Shown in pieces: positions 35,644-49,375 of a stretch of DNA of 64,000 nt. Under the pieces are notes generated by a model. That model was given only the letters and a program-made list of their open reading frames with translations, was not told where the DNA came from and ran no database searches. The DNA lies in the NCBI GenBank assembly GCA_964016885.1, contig OZ024741.1, forward strand, positions 21,948,001-22,012,000, read 5' to 3'. Positions within the stretch are counted from its first letter, which is position 1, and the number at the start of each line of letters is the position of its first letter. This DNA is from Eledone cirrhosa. Lineage: Eukaryota. The translations under genes and the position numbers were made by a program.

Positions 35644-38130
35644 TAGCAGAAGTACCCGGCGCTGTCCGGGTGTAAGTCGACCTTTGGTCTGTTAGAATGT
35701 GTGAAAGTTACTTCCCGCGCATCACAGGTTCAAAACTTCGAACTTCAATGAAAAAAAATAGGTTAGTAGAGACAGGTGTGTAATTTATTAATTGTAGTTA
35801 CACAGTATATCGTTGAAATTGTTCTCTGCACGACTGACGGAAGTCAAAATCGCTTGATATTGAATGTTCAGTTAATTTAAAGCAGGGTGAAAATGTCGAT
35901 TACTTTCAGGGTTCTTTTTTTTTTACAATTTTTGCGCTCACATGTGCAGAAGAAGAATTAAAAGGGCCTTTATCTTAACCGCGGCATAATGGCGAGTCTT
36001 TTGTGACAGTTTTCAAGAATATAGGACGTTCCTGTAAAAAGTTTTGCCATGTGTAACTTTGCCTTGTTTTTTTGCGCAAAGTCGAGCCCCGCTTCAGTTT
36101 TATTGATTTTTTACATCAATGCGTGATCTCTGAAGTAGTTTTTGAGTAGCTAAAAACCTGTCCCGGTAAATTTGCTATAGGTGAAAAAAAGTTGATCAAA
36201 ATTGTATCTAGGGTTATTGCCCTTTGCCACAGCCTCAAGCCTCGTCTGACGGGATGTTGGTGATTCCTCCGTCAGCGCTTGTTGGCGACGAAGGCGAACA
36301 TCAGCAAGCCTTGTCGTACGTGATGTTGGTGACTCGAGATTCGCGCTCAGCAGGTATTTCCTAGAGAAAATTAATTAATTCTACTGGTTAGCTAAGCCAA
36401 TGGCAGTGTCAATAGTAAATGAGAAAAGTCTAACATGAACAAAAGGGAATCAAGGTAAGACAATAAATTTAATATAACTACGATTAGAATGTTGTAGTTG
36501 CTTAAAAGTGGTGACAGTTAGGATAAACGCAGTACTTGCTAACATTAAGGGAGAATATTGCATAAAGGATTAATCAATTGTGAATGAACTCATACCTGAG
36601 AACGCCTAATTCGTTGTCTCAAAGCAGTAGCTGTACCTTTTTTGGAGGTAAGTCTTGAACGTTTCCGTGTGGGCATAACGACGTGTAACGAAGCTGTTAG
36701 GTTAGAGAGAGGTGATTAAATACAGAGAGAGATGACACCAGATTCGTTAGCATGGTTACTGGTGAATGGGAAGGTTTGGAAATATGATTACAATAACTTA
36801 CCGAATTTTCCGGTCTATAAATTGCACTTAAAATAATTAAATTTAATTAAAAAACAGCTCTGCGCTTTATACTCCGGTGAGCCTTATGTATAAATAATAC
36901 AGTGGTAATCAATCACGGCTCTAACAGAAGTAATAGATCTAGACTAAAAGTAAAGAAGATAGCATTTTCCTGGTTGGCCTTACACGCCGTTGCGCAGACC
37001 TGATTTTAAATGATACGTCTTATATCCTGGTGAGCCTTATAGAGCGGAAAATATCTATTGGAAAAGAATACGAATTCATGACCAAGGTGTGACAAAATAG
37101 GCGTCTATACAGCGCCTGAAACAAACTTGTCCAAAACCCTAGGATTTTTCTCGTTAAGTATCCACCCAAAAGGAACCGTTTTTTAGTTACAAAAAATAAC
37201 CAAAGTGTATAGTAGCTATATTTCTGACATATCATGCAAAAAAGAACAATATGTTAAAAAAATGTTCTAAAGTACATTCAATCTCTCTTTTTGACCGATA
37301 TCTTAATAAGCAAGTTATCGATTTTTTTTTATTGGCTATCAGTGTCTATCTGCATGCAGGTGTGCACGTGTGCGCAATTAATTGCAAATACGCTCATAAC
37401 ATTTAGTCGTAAGCAGAACAAAAAATGCCATTAGAGGTGGGCTAATAATGAAGACACAAACCCTGGTGAACTTACGTTTAAACACCCGAAAAGTTACTCA
37501 CTTCCTGTGCAAAAGACTGTATTATAAATTAAGTAATTTTTTAGAATCTTTTGTTTAAAAAAGGAAAACATTGGTACGACGTAACATTTTTTACTTGTAT
37601 TGTATGTGTACAATACAACTTGGTCAACGTATTATTTAGTAATTTTTTTTTAAAAAAGCATGATTATTTAAAACTCTTTGAAAATTTACTCACAGCTTTT
37701 AGCATCACAAAAGACACCATTAAATTTGGTTCCCTTTTCAGATAGGGATAATACTGTATTTCCACTTGAATAAGGTGGAATATGAAAAGATAAACTCTTT
37801 AATGGTCGGTCGTTTACTGAGACAGCTGGGAAGACATGCAGCTGGCCGTCCAATCAATAACGCACGTCCTTATATGGGCATATGAAATTTATTTTTATTG
37901 CGCCAGATGTAAACTAAGAGTTCTTGTGTTCGAATTCACATAAAATTTCATTGGAATCGAAAAACATTCTGTCATAGGGCCCGATTATCGATTTTTCGAA
38001 AATTTCAAGTAGCCTATTCCACTCTACGCGTTGAGTTTTATATATGTGTGAGGTTTCATGAAAATTAAATGAACGGTGTAGCATGCAAGTTCGGAACACC
38101 AAACAATGTCCATCTTCCCTTTATATATAT
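35643..38130 (-). mobile_element. Internally deleted Helitron derivative inserted in (TA)n
   Basis: Minus-strand 3' end ACCCGG-acagcg-CCGGGT hairpin, then ACTTCTG-CTAG|T; 5' end TATATATAAAG-like (TC not clearly preserved); coding remnant with 23-aa STPR-like repeats. Confidence 0.7.
36210..36676 (-). pseudogene. Spliced N-terminal remnant of a Helitron protein (exon 36676-36596 MPTRKRSRLTSKKGTATALRQRIRRSQ; exon from 36360 EIPAERESR / ESPTSRTTRLADVRLRRQQALTE-ESPTSRQTRL)
   Basis: ATG at 36676, CAG|gtatga donor, ttttctctag| acceptor; ESPTSR recurs at 23-aa spacing; frameshift/deletion inside exon 2. Confidence 0.6.
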
Positions 38131-38380
38131 ATACTCTTTTACTCTTTTACCTGTTTCAGCCATCCGGCTGAGGCCATGCTAGGGCATATATATATATAGT
38201 TGTTATATAGTAAGAGGTTGTGTCATACGGTCCAATAAACTTTTGTTAGCAATATATATATGCAGAGGTTATATTTAATTTGCTAAAATATTTTTATAAC
38301 TGATATATAGCACTCAACAAATTATTGGAGTAAATATACAATATATTAACAAATGGAAACTATATTTATAAAACCATATT

Positions 38381-38446
38381 TATTCTATTATACATATTTC
38401 AAGGGCCACCAAGGCAGATAATGGTGCGTTTTCATCAGATAAAATA
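38381..38446 (-). ncRNA. Minimal type I hammerhead-like motif inside an inverted-repeat PLE remnant (~38338-38597)
   Basis: Reverse complement TATTTTAT-CTGATGA-AA..CACCA...TGGTG..TT-GAAA-TATGTA-TA^-ATAGAATA; ~65-bp inverted arms at 38338-38403 and 38531-38597; degenerate relative at ~39800-39895. Confidence 0.6.
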
Positions 38447-38591
38447 TAATACAGATTAGTATTATAAATAAATATTGACATACCCTAAAAAAATGCAACC
38501 TTAACGGTTGGAGCTTCCTGTTGGAGCTTACTTGAAATATGTATAATAGAATAAATATGGTTTTATAAATATAGTTTCCATTTGTTAATAT

Positions 38592-38674
<83 letters not shown>

Positions 38675-39240
38675 AAAAAGTAAACAGAAATAACAACACA
38701 ATCGGTACAGTATATGGAAGGGATATATTAGGTTAACGCTTGATATAGCAGGAAGAAGGTCTTAACGTTTCGGACGCTAGTCCTTCACCAGAAGAAAGAA
38801 TGAGAAATAAGATAGATTAAGGGGACGGGTGGGTTGGAATTGGAAAAATCTCTTTAGATAAAGATAACAGATCCAATCATGTTGACATCTCTTGCAAAAC
38901 TGTTATATATAATACATATGCATATATATATTAAGAAAAGGAAGAGAGACAATATCACATATGCAACATCGTTTTATTCCATTATGACATTCTGTTATAT
39001 ACATTTCCAAAGTACAGAAAGGTTGTTTTACTAGGACGAAAATGTGCATAACAGGATGACGGGAAAAAGGATAAATCGATTTGAATATGTGATATGGTCT
39101 CTTTTTCTTTTCTTGATATTGATACTCTGTCTGAAACCATACACGTAATAGATTGTGGCATCCATACGTGGAGTGCTTCTGCTTGATTACAACATTATTG
39201 GTTATTGCTTGGAACAGCCAACTCGGATTACCATAATATA

Positions 39241-39287
<47 letters not shown>

Positions 39288-39317
39288 CACACATACACAC
39301 ACACACATATATATATA

Positions 39318-39798
39318 TCTATATCAATCTAAACTATAATAAAGTAAGAAGCGCGGGACTGCGTACAGTTTATAATCTTTTATCCCCGTAGTAAAATAAG
39401 TTGGATTACTTTGAATAAATAATGAATGAATATTACATATTTATCTACTAAATTTCGTGGCTGTTCATTAAATATATTTTATTACTTCTTTAAAGATTCA
39501 CTTCTTTCAAATTTTCAAATGTCAACACTTCCGGTTAGCGATCGTTTAAATAAATATTCATATATTTCTGTCACTAATTTTCTCCTAATGCAGTTTATAT
39601 ATAATATCGTCTTTTTTTAAATGTATCATGGATTACGTTACTGATTACATAAGACAGTGTAATGCAGTCTTCGTTCAGTTTCTGTGGATATTGTCAATTA
39701 CGATTTTATTTGATGTATCATATCTACATGCGTATAATATCAATATACACACTACACAGGCTAGCAGAAAACCACCCGAAGGGAGGTTTTTCTGCTAG
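39318..39798 (+). mobile_element. Small non-autonomous Helitron-like element
   Basis: A|TCTATATCAATCTAAACTATAATAAAG start; terminal hairpin AGAAAACC-acccgaaggga-GGTTTTTCT and CTAG|T end. Confidence 0.55.
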
Positions 39799-40097
39799 TA
39801 ATATTAATAAATGGAAACTATATTTATAAAACCATATTTATTTTATTATGTACCAAGGGTACCAACATTTTGGTACACTCTCATCAGATAAAATACAAAG
39901 GTTGTTTTACAGATGACATATTCAAAACTAGAACTTAACGTTTTGAGTTCTGTTTGAATAGTGAAGAAGAACTTCAAATCATAGGATGAATATGCTAATG
40001 AGGATAACGTTAAAATTGAAAAAGATCGTTATGTTTAGACGCTAGGTAAATTTAAATAATTATTAGGATTATTTTTTAAAGGAAAAGGAAACAGAGA

Positions 40098-41490
40098 TTG
40101 GTGGATTGCTAGTATCGGTAGAGGGTCGGACGCCATGCTAGGGTGGTGGATTGGCAGTATCGGTAGAGGGTCAGACGCCATGTTAGGGTGGTGGATTGGC
40201 AGTATCGGTAGAGGGTCGGACGCCATGCTAGGGTGGTGGATTGGCAGTATCGGTAAAGGGTCGGACGCCATGCTAGGGTGGTGGATTGGCAGTATCGGTA
40301 GAGGGTCGGACGCCATGCTAGGGTGGTGGATTGCTAGTATCGGTAGAGGGTCGGACGCCATGCTAGGGTGGTGGATTGGCAGTATCGGTAGAGGGTCGGA
40401 CGCCATGCTAGGGTGGTGGATTGGCAGTATCGGTAGAGGGTCGGACGCCATGCTAGGGTGGTGGATTGGCAGTATCGGTAGAGGGTCGGACGTCATTCTA
40501 GGGTGGTGGATTGGCAGTATCGGTAAAGGGTCGGACGCCATGCTAGGGTGGTGGATTGGCAGTATAGGTTGAGGGTCAGACGCCATGTTAGGGTGGTGGA
40601 TTGGCAGTATCGGTAGAGGGTCTGACGCCATGCTAGGGTGGTGGATTGGCAGTATCGGTAAAGGGTCGGACGCCATGCTAGGGTGGTGGATTGGCAGTAT
40701 CGGTAGAGGGTCGGACGCCATGCTAGGGTGGTGGATTGCTAGTATCGGTAGAGGGTCGGACGCCATGCTAGGGTGGTGGATTGGCAGTATCGGTAGAGGG
40801 TCGGACGCCATGCTAGGGTGGTGGATTGGCAGTATCGGTAGAGGGTCGGACGCCATGCTAGGGTGGTGGATTGGCAGTATCGGTAGAGGGTCGGACGTCA
40901 TTCTAGGGTGGTGGATTGGCAGTATCGGTAAAGGGTCGGACGCCATGCTAGGGTGGTGGATTGGCAGTATAGGTTGAGGGTCAGACGCCATGTTAGGGTG
41001 GTGGATTGGCAGTATAGGTTGAGGGTCAGACGCCATGTTAGGGTGGTGGATTGGCAGTATAGGTAGAGGGTCGGACGCCATGCTAGGGTGGTGGATTGGC
41101 AGTATCGGTAGAGGGTCGGACGCCATGCTAGGGTGGTGGATTGGTAGTATCGGTAGAGGGTCGGACGCCATGCTAGGGTGGTGGATTGGCAGTATAGGTT
41201 GAGGGTCAGACGCCATGTTAGGGTGGTGGATTGGCAGTATAGGTTGAGGGTCAGACGCCATGTTAGGGTGGTGGATTGGCAGTATAGGTAGAGGGTCGGA
41301 CGCCATGCTAGGGTGGTGGATTGGCAGTATCGGTAGAGGGTCGGACGCCATGCTAGGGTGGTGGATTGGTAGTATCGGTAGAGGGTCGGACGCCATGCTA
41401 GGGTGGTGGATTGGTAGTATCGGTAGAGGGTCGGACGCCATGCTAGGGTGGTGGATTGGCAGTATAGGTTGAGGGTCAGACGCCATGCTT
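40098..41490 (+). repeat. Minisatellite, 45-bp unit, ~31 copies, derived from the SINE 5' head
   Basis: Unit GGGTGGTGGATTGGCAGTATCGGTAGAGGGTCGGACGCCATGCTA; continues directly into a SINE body (41490-41635). Confidence 0.95.
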
Positions 41491-41635
41491 TCCAGCATAG
41501 TTACATCCCTTTACGGTCTGAGTTCAAATCCCGTCGAGGTTAACTTTGCCTTTCATCCTTACGGGGTCGATAAAATAAAGTACCAGTAATGCACTGGGAT
41601 AATTGCTGGCCTTGTGCCAAAAGTAGAAACAATTA
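41490..41635 (+). mobile_element. tRNA-derived SINE body following the 45-bp array
   Basis: CTGAGTTCAAATCCCGTCGAGGTTAACTTTGCCTTTCATCCTTACGGGGTCGATAAAATAAAGTACCAG. Confidence 0.8.
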
Positions 41636-41997
41636 TTAGGGTGAAAGAAAATTTAAGGAAAGATTTTAAGAAAAAATATATTAAAGTTAATAAAAGTCTA
41701 TTAATATGAATATATGTATATAATTGTATGGAGCATATTTGTGAGGGTGTAGAGAGAGTGAAATAATTATATTTATTTTTTAAATTATTATTATTATTTA
41801 TAATTTATTATTATTTATTATTATTATATATTTATTTAATTATGTATTTTGGAAGTATTTATAAAATAATGTGTGAATTACAAATGTGTTTGATATTATA
41901 CATGTGTTTCATATTATACTCCAGAAGAAACTTGTTGAGTGTTTCTAATCTGTTATAAACTAAATTTGTTGAATGATCAACACATTAAATAACTCAT

Positions 41998-42050
<53 letters not shown>

Positions 42051-42360
42051 GATGACGCACATATACATCTATCAAACGAACTTTACCATTACTTCTCAAA
42101 GAACTAGTAGATTAATGAAGTCATCAACAGTCTTTATGCGTGCGCGCACGCGTGTGTGTATGTGTGTGTGTGTTTGTGTGTGTTTGTGTGTCGTTGTGCG
42201 CGCGTGTGTGTGTGTGCTATATATGTTATATTTTATATAATATACCCATCTGTATGCGTGTATCTGCATGGTTTTGAGTGTCTGTATGTATTTTTGCACA
42301 CACACACCCACACTTATATATATATATATATACACACACACACAAGCATATACATATGCG

Positions 42361-42404
<44 letters not shown>

Positions 42405-42699
42405 GTTATGTGTATGTGTGGGGTTATGTGAGTGTGTGTATCTGTGTGTTTAATGTATAGGATCTATTTATTACATGTTTGCCGCCTCCGTATGTATAAT
42501 ATTCCTGTGAGAGATGTTGACAGGTTTATGTCAATTAATATATTGCTAGCAGAAGATTTGGAAGGAAACGTTTATCTTATCCTCTTATTTGCTTCTCAAG
42601 TAATTCTCTTCAGACAAACAATCAATGTTGTTGAAGTTTTTATTCTATCAACAGTAAAAGATGTTTTTTAGTATCGGATTGTTATTTTACCTTCTGCAA

Positions 42700-43200
42700 A
42701 TAAGGCAGCGAATTGTCAGAGTCGTTAGACGGTCGGATAGAAAGTTTGTGGTGTTACTTTCGCCTCTCACTGCTCTGATTTCAGATCCCGCTGAGCTCAA
42801 TTTTGCCTTTCATCCTTTCGAGATCGATGAAAAAGTATCAGTCTACTACTGGAGTCGATTCTTCCTCTATATCTCTTTCTCACTTCCATTCTGTCTTTCT
42901 CTATTCTTCTCTGGAAGAAATCTGCTGTATTCAGTCCTGGAGAGGAGATGGGTTCCACCAGGTTTAGAAATACAACTTGTCCTCATTGTTAGTGCAAGCT
43001 ATAAAACATGCAGTATTACTTTCGCCTCTCACTGCTCTGATTTCAGATCACGCTGGGCTCAATTATGCCTTTCATCCTTTCGAGGACGATAAATAAAGTA
43101 CCAGTCGAGTATTGGGGTCGACCCCCCCCCCCTCTCTCCCGGTCTGGAAGAAATCGGCTACGTTCAGATCTGGAGAAAGATGGGCTCCGCCAAGTGTAAC
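42700..43200 (+). mobile_element. Two adjacent diverged SINE copies
   Basis: Twice TTTCAGATC(C/A)CGCTG(A/G)GCTCAATT...GCCTTTCATCCTTTCGAG. Confidence 0.6.
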
Positions 43201-44094
43201 CTTTTAGTTACTAACCCGGCCAAAACCAATTAAAATTAAAATCTTCCAACATAATTTTATATAAGAATCTTATATTTTAGTAATGAAATAATTAATACTT
43301 TTAGGAAATCCCTGAAAATTCTTCATTAATTAATTGAAGTTGAGTGTATTTCATTAGAATTGTGGCCATGAAAAGGTTAAAGGCCACTATGGTGCCACTA
43401 CCACTCAATAATGAATTAAGTACCTATATTATATAAATTATACTCACAAATAAACGCATTCACTTAATTACGACAAGGGGATGCGAGGCAACACTGTCAC
43501 GGACGATAGCGAGGCTAAGTCACTGGAATCACCAAGCACCCTCAGGAGCATCACCTGATACGTAGTTATGATGAGCCGCTAACAATCTGATTTGTGTACA
43601 TTCACTCATTCTTTTAAACTTGGATGAGAGCGCATGTACTCACAGCCTAGTAATACATTATTTCAACTAGGTTTTTGAAGTAGGGACTAGCTATCGGTAC
43701 ACACAGCTGTCATGGCTCACGTGGACTCGTAGTACTGCATATCGTAGATACACTTGTTAATGTAGCACACAATACGTCCACGGCTTAACTTCAGACCTAT
43801 CTCAACTTTTACTGGGACACTGAGACACACTCAGCTATCAAAACTACGGAGAGAAAATGCCATGTAGTGTGTATCTTCAGACAGCAAAGATCTCGATTCT
43901 ACAATTTCACACCCATACACTAGCAACACTAAATTCTCTCTTTTACTTTCATTTCTTGTTTCGATTGAATGTTTTCTCAGTCTGGACCGGGAAGTAATGT
44001 AGCGAAAGAGAAGTATAACAGTTAAATAAGGTATTTAACGAAATCACTTAACCTTTAACTTTACAAAATACTTCAGCAATGCTCGTATAGTCAC

Positions 44095-44335
44095 TGCCTC
44101 CGTCTCGCTCGCTCTTCCCATCTCTCACCATTATAAGCAAATGGGGGCCCATGCGCTGGCCGCCCGCGACCCCGGCGGACAGAATAAAGAAGGCGTTTCC
44201 CCGGGTGGTGGTGAGGGAGATGTGTTGGAAGAGCCATTCCAGCTGGCGAGGATCACACCTGAGGGTAGCCAACTTCGTATCAATGGTGGTGAGTATAGAG
44301 GTAGTTCTAGGGTCAAAGAAGCCTATGACAGGGCT
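44095..44335 (-). mobile_element. 3' fragment of a CRE-like (restriction-like endonuclease) retrotransposon, older subfamily
   Basis: ORF 44048-44272: RCDPRQLEWLFQHISLTTTRGNAFFILSAG. Confidence 0.65.
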
Positions 44336-44576
44336 TTGAAACTCAGGCTATAATAGGTATAACGTCATCAATTGAAATAGCAATGAGGACACTTAGGGGT
44401 ATAATATACAAAGACCCTCAACCCAAATCCTCATATCACCCTACTGATCTCTGAGATGGTTGACTTTCAACAGCTGACGTTGGCTGTTCCAGTTACAGCC
44501 AGGTCATAGCCACCAGAGGTCGTAGGACCCAGGTTAGTAAATCTACCAGGCATTAAGGCGATAATCTTTTCTCAAA

Positions 44577-44651
<75 letters not shown>

Positions 44652-44777
44652 ACTATAACCACATGTACTTTGTATGAACATTCTGGAACTATCGACATCA
44701 TTATGATTCGAAGCAATCATTGGTACTTATTAAAGAGATAAAATGTTTATATGTCCTGCCTTCCATACCAAAACACA

Positions 44778-45125
44778 AGTATTTAATCTTGCTTTCTCCA
44801 CCCGCAACCTGGAGAGGTCTGCGACTAACCCAGGTTCTGCTGCACGTCGGGCTGAGGAGGCCAAACTCTTCAAATACCGGTCGCTCTCCGACAGGTTTGC
44901 GGTTGTACCCTTGGCAGTGGATACTTCTGGTGTCCTCGGCCCTAGGGCTACCTCCCTACTCACCACCATAGGTGCCAGCCGCAGGTGTGAGCCTCGCGAG
45001 CTGGAATGGCTTTTCCAGCGCGTCTCCCTTGCCGTCCTCCGGGGAAACGCCTTCTCCATTCTGTCCGCCGGGGCTGTGGGGAGGCCATCAATATGATTGA
45101 CTGACTTGTCATTTTATCAGTCAGA
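44778..45125 (+). mobile_element. 3' fragment of a CRE-like non-LTR retrotransposon (RLE C-terminus)
   Basis: AEEAKLFKYRSLSDRFAVVPLAVDTSGVLG...LFQRVSLAVLRGNA matches the K..KY / P.A.ET.G..G / QR.S.A..RGNA pattern of CRE-clade C-termini. Confidence 0.75.
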
Positions 45126-47339
45126 TGTTTTGGGGGTCAAGGGGTGGACAGATTTTGCTACATGTTACGTGTCTGAGTCCACGTGCCGATAACCTCATGT
45201 CTTTGTGAGGACTAGCGTCCGAAACGTTAAGATCGTACACTATACCTTCGAAACCTATCACAAGAAAATATATCTTGCTTCATATCTATGTGATTAGCAG
45301 AGTTAGAACATCAAATAGAATGGTTTGTGTTATTTGTTTCGGTTCTCTACTCTTTGAGTTTAAATCCCACCGAGGTCAACTTTGTCTTTCATTCATTCGA
45401 GGTCGCTAAAAAAGTACCAGTCAAGTACTGGGGTTCGATTCTTTCTCTATATCTCTTTCTCACTTCCATTCTCTCATTCCCTGGAAGAAATCTGCTGTAT
45501 TCAGGTCTAGAGAAGAGATAGGCTCCACAATGTTTAGAAACGCCGTCAATATGGCTCCCTTACGACTCCTTCAGGATAAACAGGATCATGTGTGTGTGTG
45601 TGTGTGTATGTTCTTCTGGTTTTATAATTTCACAAATTTTTGCCAATAGAGAGAGAGAGAGAGAGAGTCGGTTTCTAACATGGTTACAAGACTCTCTCAC
45701 TAGAATTTACACAACATCAACTAGGTAGATATGTATGCATGTCTGCATGCATGTGTGTGTAGGTATGGATGTTATTGTATGTGTGGATGTGTAAGTTTTG
45801 AGTTGTATGTGTGCATATGTATATGTGTATATACATGTATGCATGTGTATGTATATGTGCGGGGACAGAAATAATCGGGCTGGATACCCGATCGTGCGGT
45901 TAAACCACTGGGAGTGAAGGACCCCTAGCCTTTGTCAGGGCATTCTTCTAGAAGAAGGCAACTCAGGAAACTGGGATAACTCTGACATAAAATTGCGGCT
46001 CTGTAGTTATTGATGATGTTGATCTTTTCTTCTTTTCGGTTTATAGCTACTGTCAGAGAGTGGGATTGGCTCAGTGCACAGTCTTTCCTCACTTAAAAAA
46101 AAACTTCACGAACAGGCATTGCACGATAGCATTAATTCATAGTTATTAATAATGGTAAATCGTGTAATGGCCATACTCGATAACGAGGGGGCAGCCATCA
46201 TGTAATGTGTGTATGTGCGTATGCAAATATATAAATAAAGCGGTTGACTTAAGAATCATTGGAAAATTTTAAATTTAAATGTGTGCGTCCCAACGCAAAT
46301 AGCCATAATAATAATAATTGTTTCTACTTTTGGCACAAGGCCAGCAATTACCCAATGCATTACTGGTACTTTATTCTATCGACCCCGGAAGGATGAAAGG
46401 CAAAGTTAACCTCGGCGGGATTTGAACTCATAATAATAATAATTGTTTCTACTTTAGGCACAAGGCCAGCAATTACCCAGTGCATTACTGGTACTTTATT
46501 TTATAATAATAATAATAGTCGATCATTATAAATAATACTCGAGTTAATTAGGTAAAGTGCCCCAGGATGTATAAAAGTGTAGACAGTGTCGCCTATATAT
46601 ATAGTCAATGCCATATTGTACTAGGGATTATATCTTAAATTCTGAGCAGTTAATGTTTAACAAGGAATGCTTTGTTGACATTCCTTTAGCCGCCGGAACA
46701 TCAACAAATTATCTTAGCATAGAATTAATGAGATTCTAGTTTGACGTATTCCTCACCATTTTTGGAGAAAATTATTCAGGAATTCTGATTATGTTGCTGA
46801 TGTTATGGAGCTGTTTTCGTCATATGTTGTCGAGTTCATGTTGAGGAACTGAGCTGGCCAAAGAAATCTTTTGATACGATTTCATTTCTCCCATTGCAAT
46901 TATAAATGGAGCGCCATATTGAAACAACAGGAAATTGTTTTTTTTTCCCTATTTATTTATTTATTTATTTAGTTAGTTAGTTATTTGTTTGTTTGTTTCA
47001 AATAGTCCCCTAATCATAACACCCACGAAGCGGCTAATTGGCGGAGTCTTTAGAACGGCGGATGGAATGCTTTACAGGTATTCATATCGTCTCTATATGA
47101 TCTGAATTCAAATCCAACAGGGGTCAATTTAACTTTTCATACTTTCGAAGGCGATAAAAAAGGCATTAGGTGTCGATTCTTGGGCTCCATCACATTTTCT
47201 CTATTTTTCCTTCTCTTGAAGATATCGGCTAGGTTTCCTGTTCAAACCTGGAGAGGTATAGGTTCCGGCAGGTTTAAAATGTCTAAAATTGTTGTATGAC
47301 ACCACGGCACCTCTACGGCTCCACAAGGAACTACAGGTC

Positions 47340-47662
47340 CATCCAGCCGCAACCTGGTGCAGTCTGCGACTGACCCAGGTTCTGCTGCACATCGGACTGA
47401 GGAGGCCAAACTCTTCAAATACCGGTCGCTCTCCGACAGGTTTGCGGTTGTACCCTTGGCAGTGGAGACTTCTGGTGTCCTCGGCCCTAGGGCTACCTCC
47501 CTACTCACCACCATAGGCGCTGAGTTGGCCAGCCGCAGGTGTGAGCCTCGCGAGCTGGAATGGCTTTTCCAGCGCGTCTCCCTTGCCGTCCTCCGGGGAA
47601 ATGCCTTCTCCATTCTGTCCGCCGGGGCTGTGGGGAGGCCACCAATATGATTGACTGACTTT
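47340..47662 (+). mobile_element. 3' fragment of the same CRE-like family
   Basis: ORF 47357-47650 is nearly identical to 44743-45096; ends ATATGATTGACTGACT. Confidence 0.75.
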
Positions 47663-47814
47663 AAAGAGATTACCAAATGGTATTTCAATTGTCAGTAATT
47701 TAAACTCTTTCTTTCTCATTTGACTTATTCGCCCTAGGGACTTTAGACTGCTTTAACTTTAACAACCGTTAAATTGAAAATATCTCTACTACCACCTACA
47801 CATCAACCGATCAC

Positions 47815-47893
47815 AACCACCACCACCACCACCACCACCACCACCACCACCACCACCACCACCACCACCACCACCACCACCACCACCACCACC

Positions 47894-47935
<42 letters not shown>
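47815..47935. repeat. (CAC)n(TAC)n trinucleotide microsatellite
   Basis: Direct observation. Confidence 0.95.
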
Positions 47936-47936
<1 letters not shown>

Positions 47937-48425
47937 TGGCCACCATATCAGGTGTGCCACCATGTTAGACTGTTGCTTTGGAGCCTGTTTATATCAAACC
48001 CTTGGCTCAGTATTTCTATAGTATTTCATATGACACAGCTGTCTGAATATCACACACATCTTGGTAAGAACAAAGGTTAGAACCTTGTTTCTCAAATCAT
48101 TGATACGCTCTCTCCAATTCTTGATATTAGATCTAAGTAACATCTTTGGCCACATGTTCATAATAGCCTATCTGCTCCTTCCTCTGCATAGGGTACTTCT
48201 CTGATTTGTGGTCTCAGCCCTGCAGACCTTGTATATATATATACTAGACAACCCGTGACCCGTTTAAATAATCAAAATATACACAGACATGTATATAATG
48301 TAAAATGAAATTGGAAGGCCCATGTATAAATATATATATACAAGGGCGGTGCCCCAGCATGGCCTCAGCCGGATGGCTGAAACAGGTAAAAGAGTAAAAG
48401 AGTAATATATATATATATATATACT

Positions 48426-49010
48426 AAATTTATTCATATGTAACCCATTTGCAACCACGCAGCACGCCATGTTTTCATATTTTTCATATATTTATATATT
48501 TTCCTCCGCTGTGACCCGTCTGTTTCTTTCTTACTGCTTCCCTTTCTCTGTATCTCTTACTTTCTTTTTACTCCCTCTGCCAGTCACTCTCTCTGTTAGC
48601 CTCTTCCTCACACTTTCACTCACTCACTCTCTGCTACTCCCTCTCCTACTTCCTCCCGTTTGACCTGTGCGAAATTCTTTCCTCACTCACATTTCGACCA
48701 GGTCGTATGGTCTTTATTCTTTCTCGTCTACGATTTCACAGAACTTATGTTCATCGATTTCAGGGACTTGACTCCTTCTTGCTCACTTTTCGTTGCATTA
48801 CCATCTTTGTTTGTTTACTGTCTCGCTCGTTCCCCCTATTTACGTGTCCCAACGACTTTCTTTAGCCGTTGCTCGCACCAACCAGAGGTATGGTCTTTAA
48901 AGCGATGAAATACCAATGAAGGCTGGAAGATCACTGATGAAGGACTAATTTTATTCATATGTAACACATTTGGAACTACGCAGCACGCCATGTTTTCATA
49001 TTTTTCATAT
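48426..49010 (+). repeat. ~520-bp unit bounded by ~65-bp direct repeats (partial tandem, PLE-tail-like)
   Basis: TTTATTCATATGTAAC.CATTTG.AAC.ACGCAGCACGCCATGTTTTCATATTTTTCATAT occurs at both ends; CTGATGAAGGACTA immediately precedes the second copy. Confidence 0.6.
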
Positions 49011-49299
49011 ATATATATATATAAATATACACGGGTGTGTATGATTGTGTATAGAAGATTATATTAATAAAAGGAATTCCAACTTTGTCTGATTTACTCG
49101 TTTTATTTACAATTCTTTAAAATTTATAATGGTATTAGAATGAAATAGTATGGTAGAATATTAAATGTTAAGTGTTAATTGAACAAGTACTTTCATGCTT
49201 TCGCAATCTTCAGGTTGATATTCTGTGGTGACAGTCAAGTTTACAATTTTCAATTGTTGAAAATTGCAGTTGAAAATTGTAAACTTGACTGTCACCACA

Positions 49300-49375
<76 letters not shown>

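Noticed and set aside
40035-41498. 487-aa ORF of MASDPLPILPIHHPS repeats as a real protein
   Set aside because: Entirely a 45-bp SINE-derived minisatellite; the same sequence with a 50-bp unit at 8506-9650 has no long ORF.
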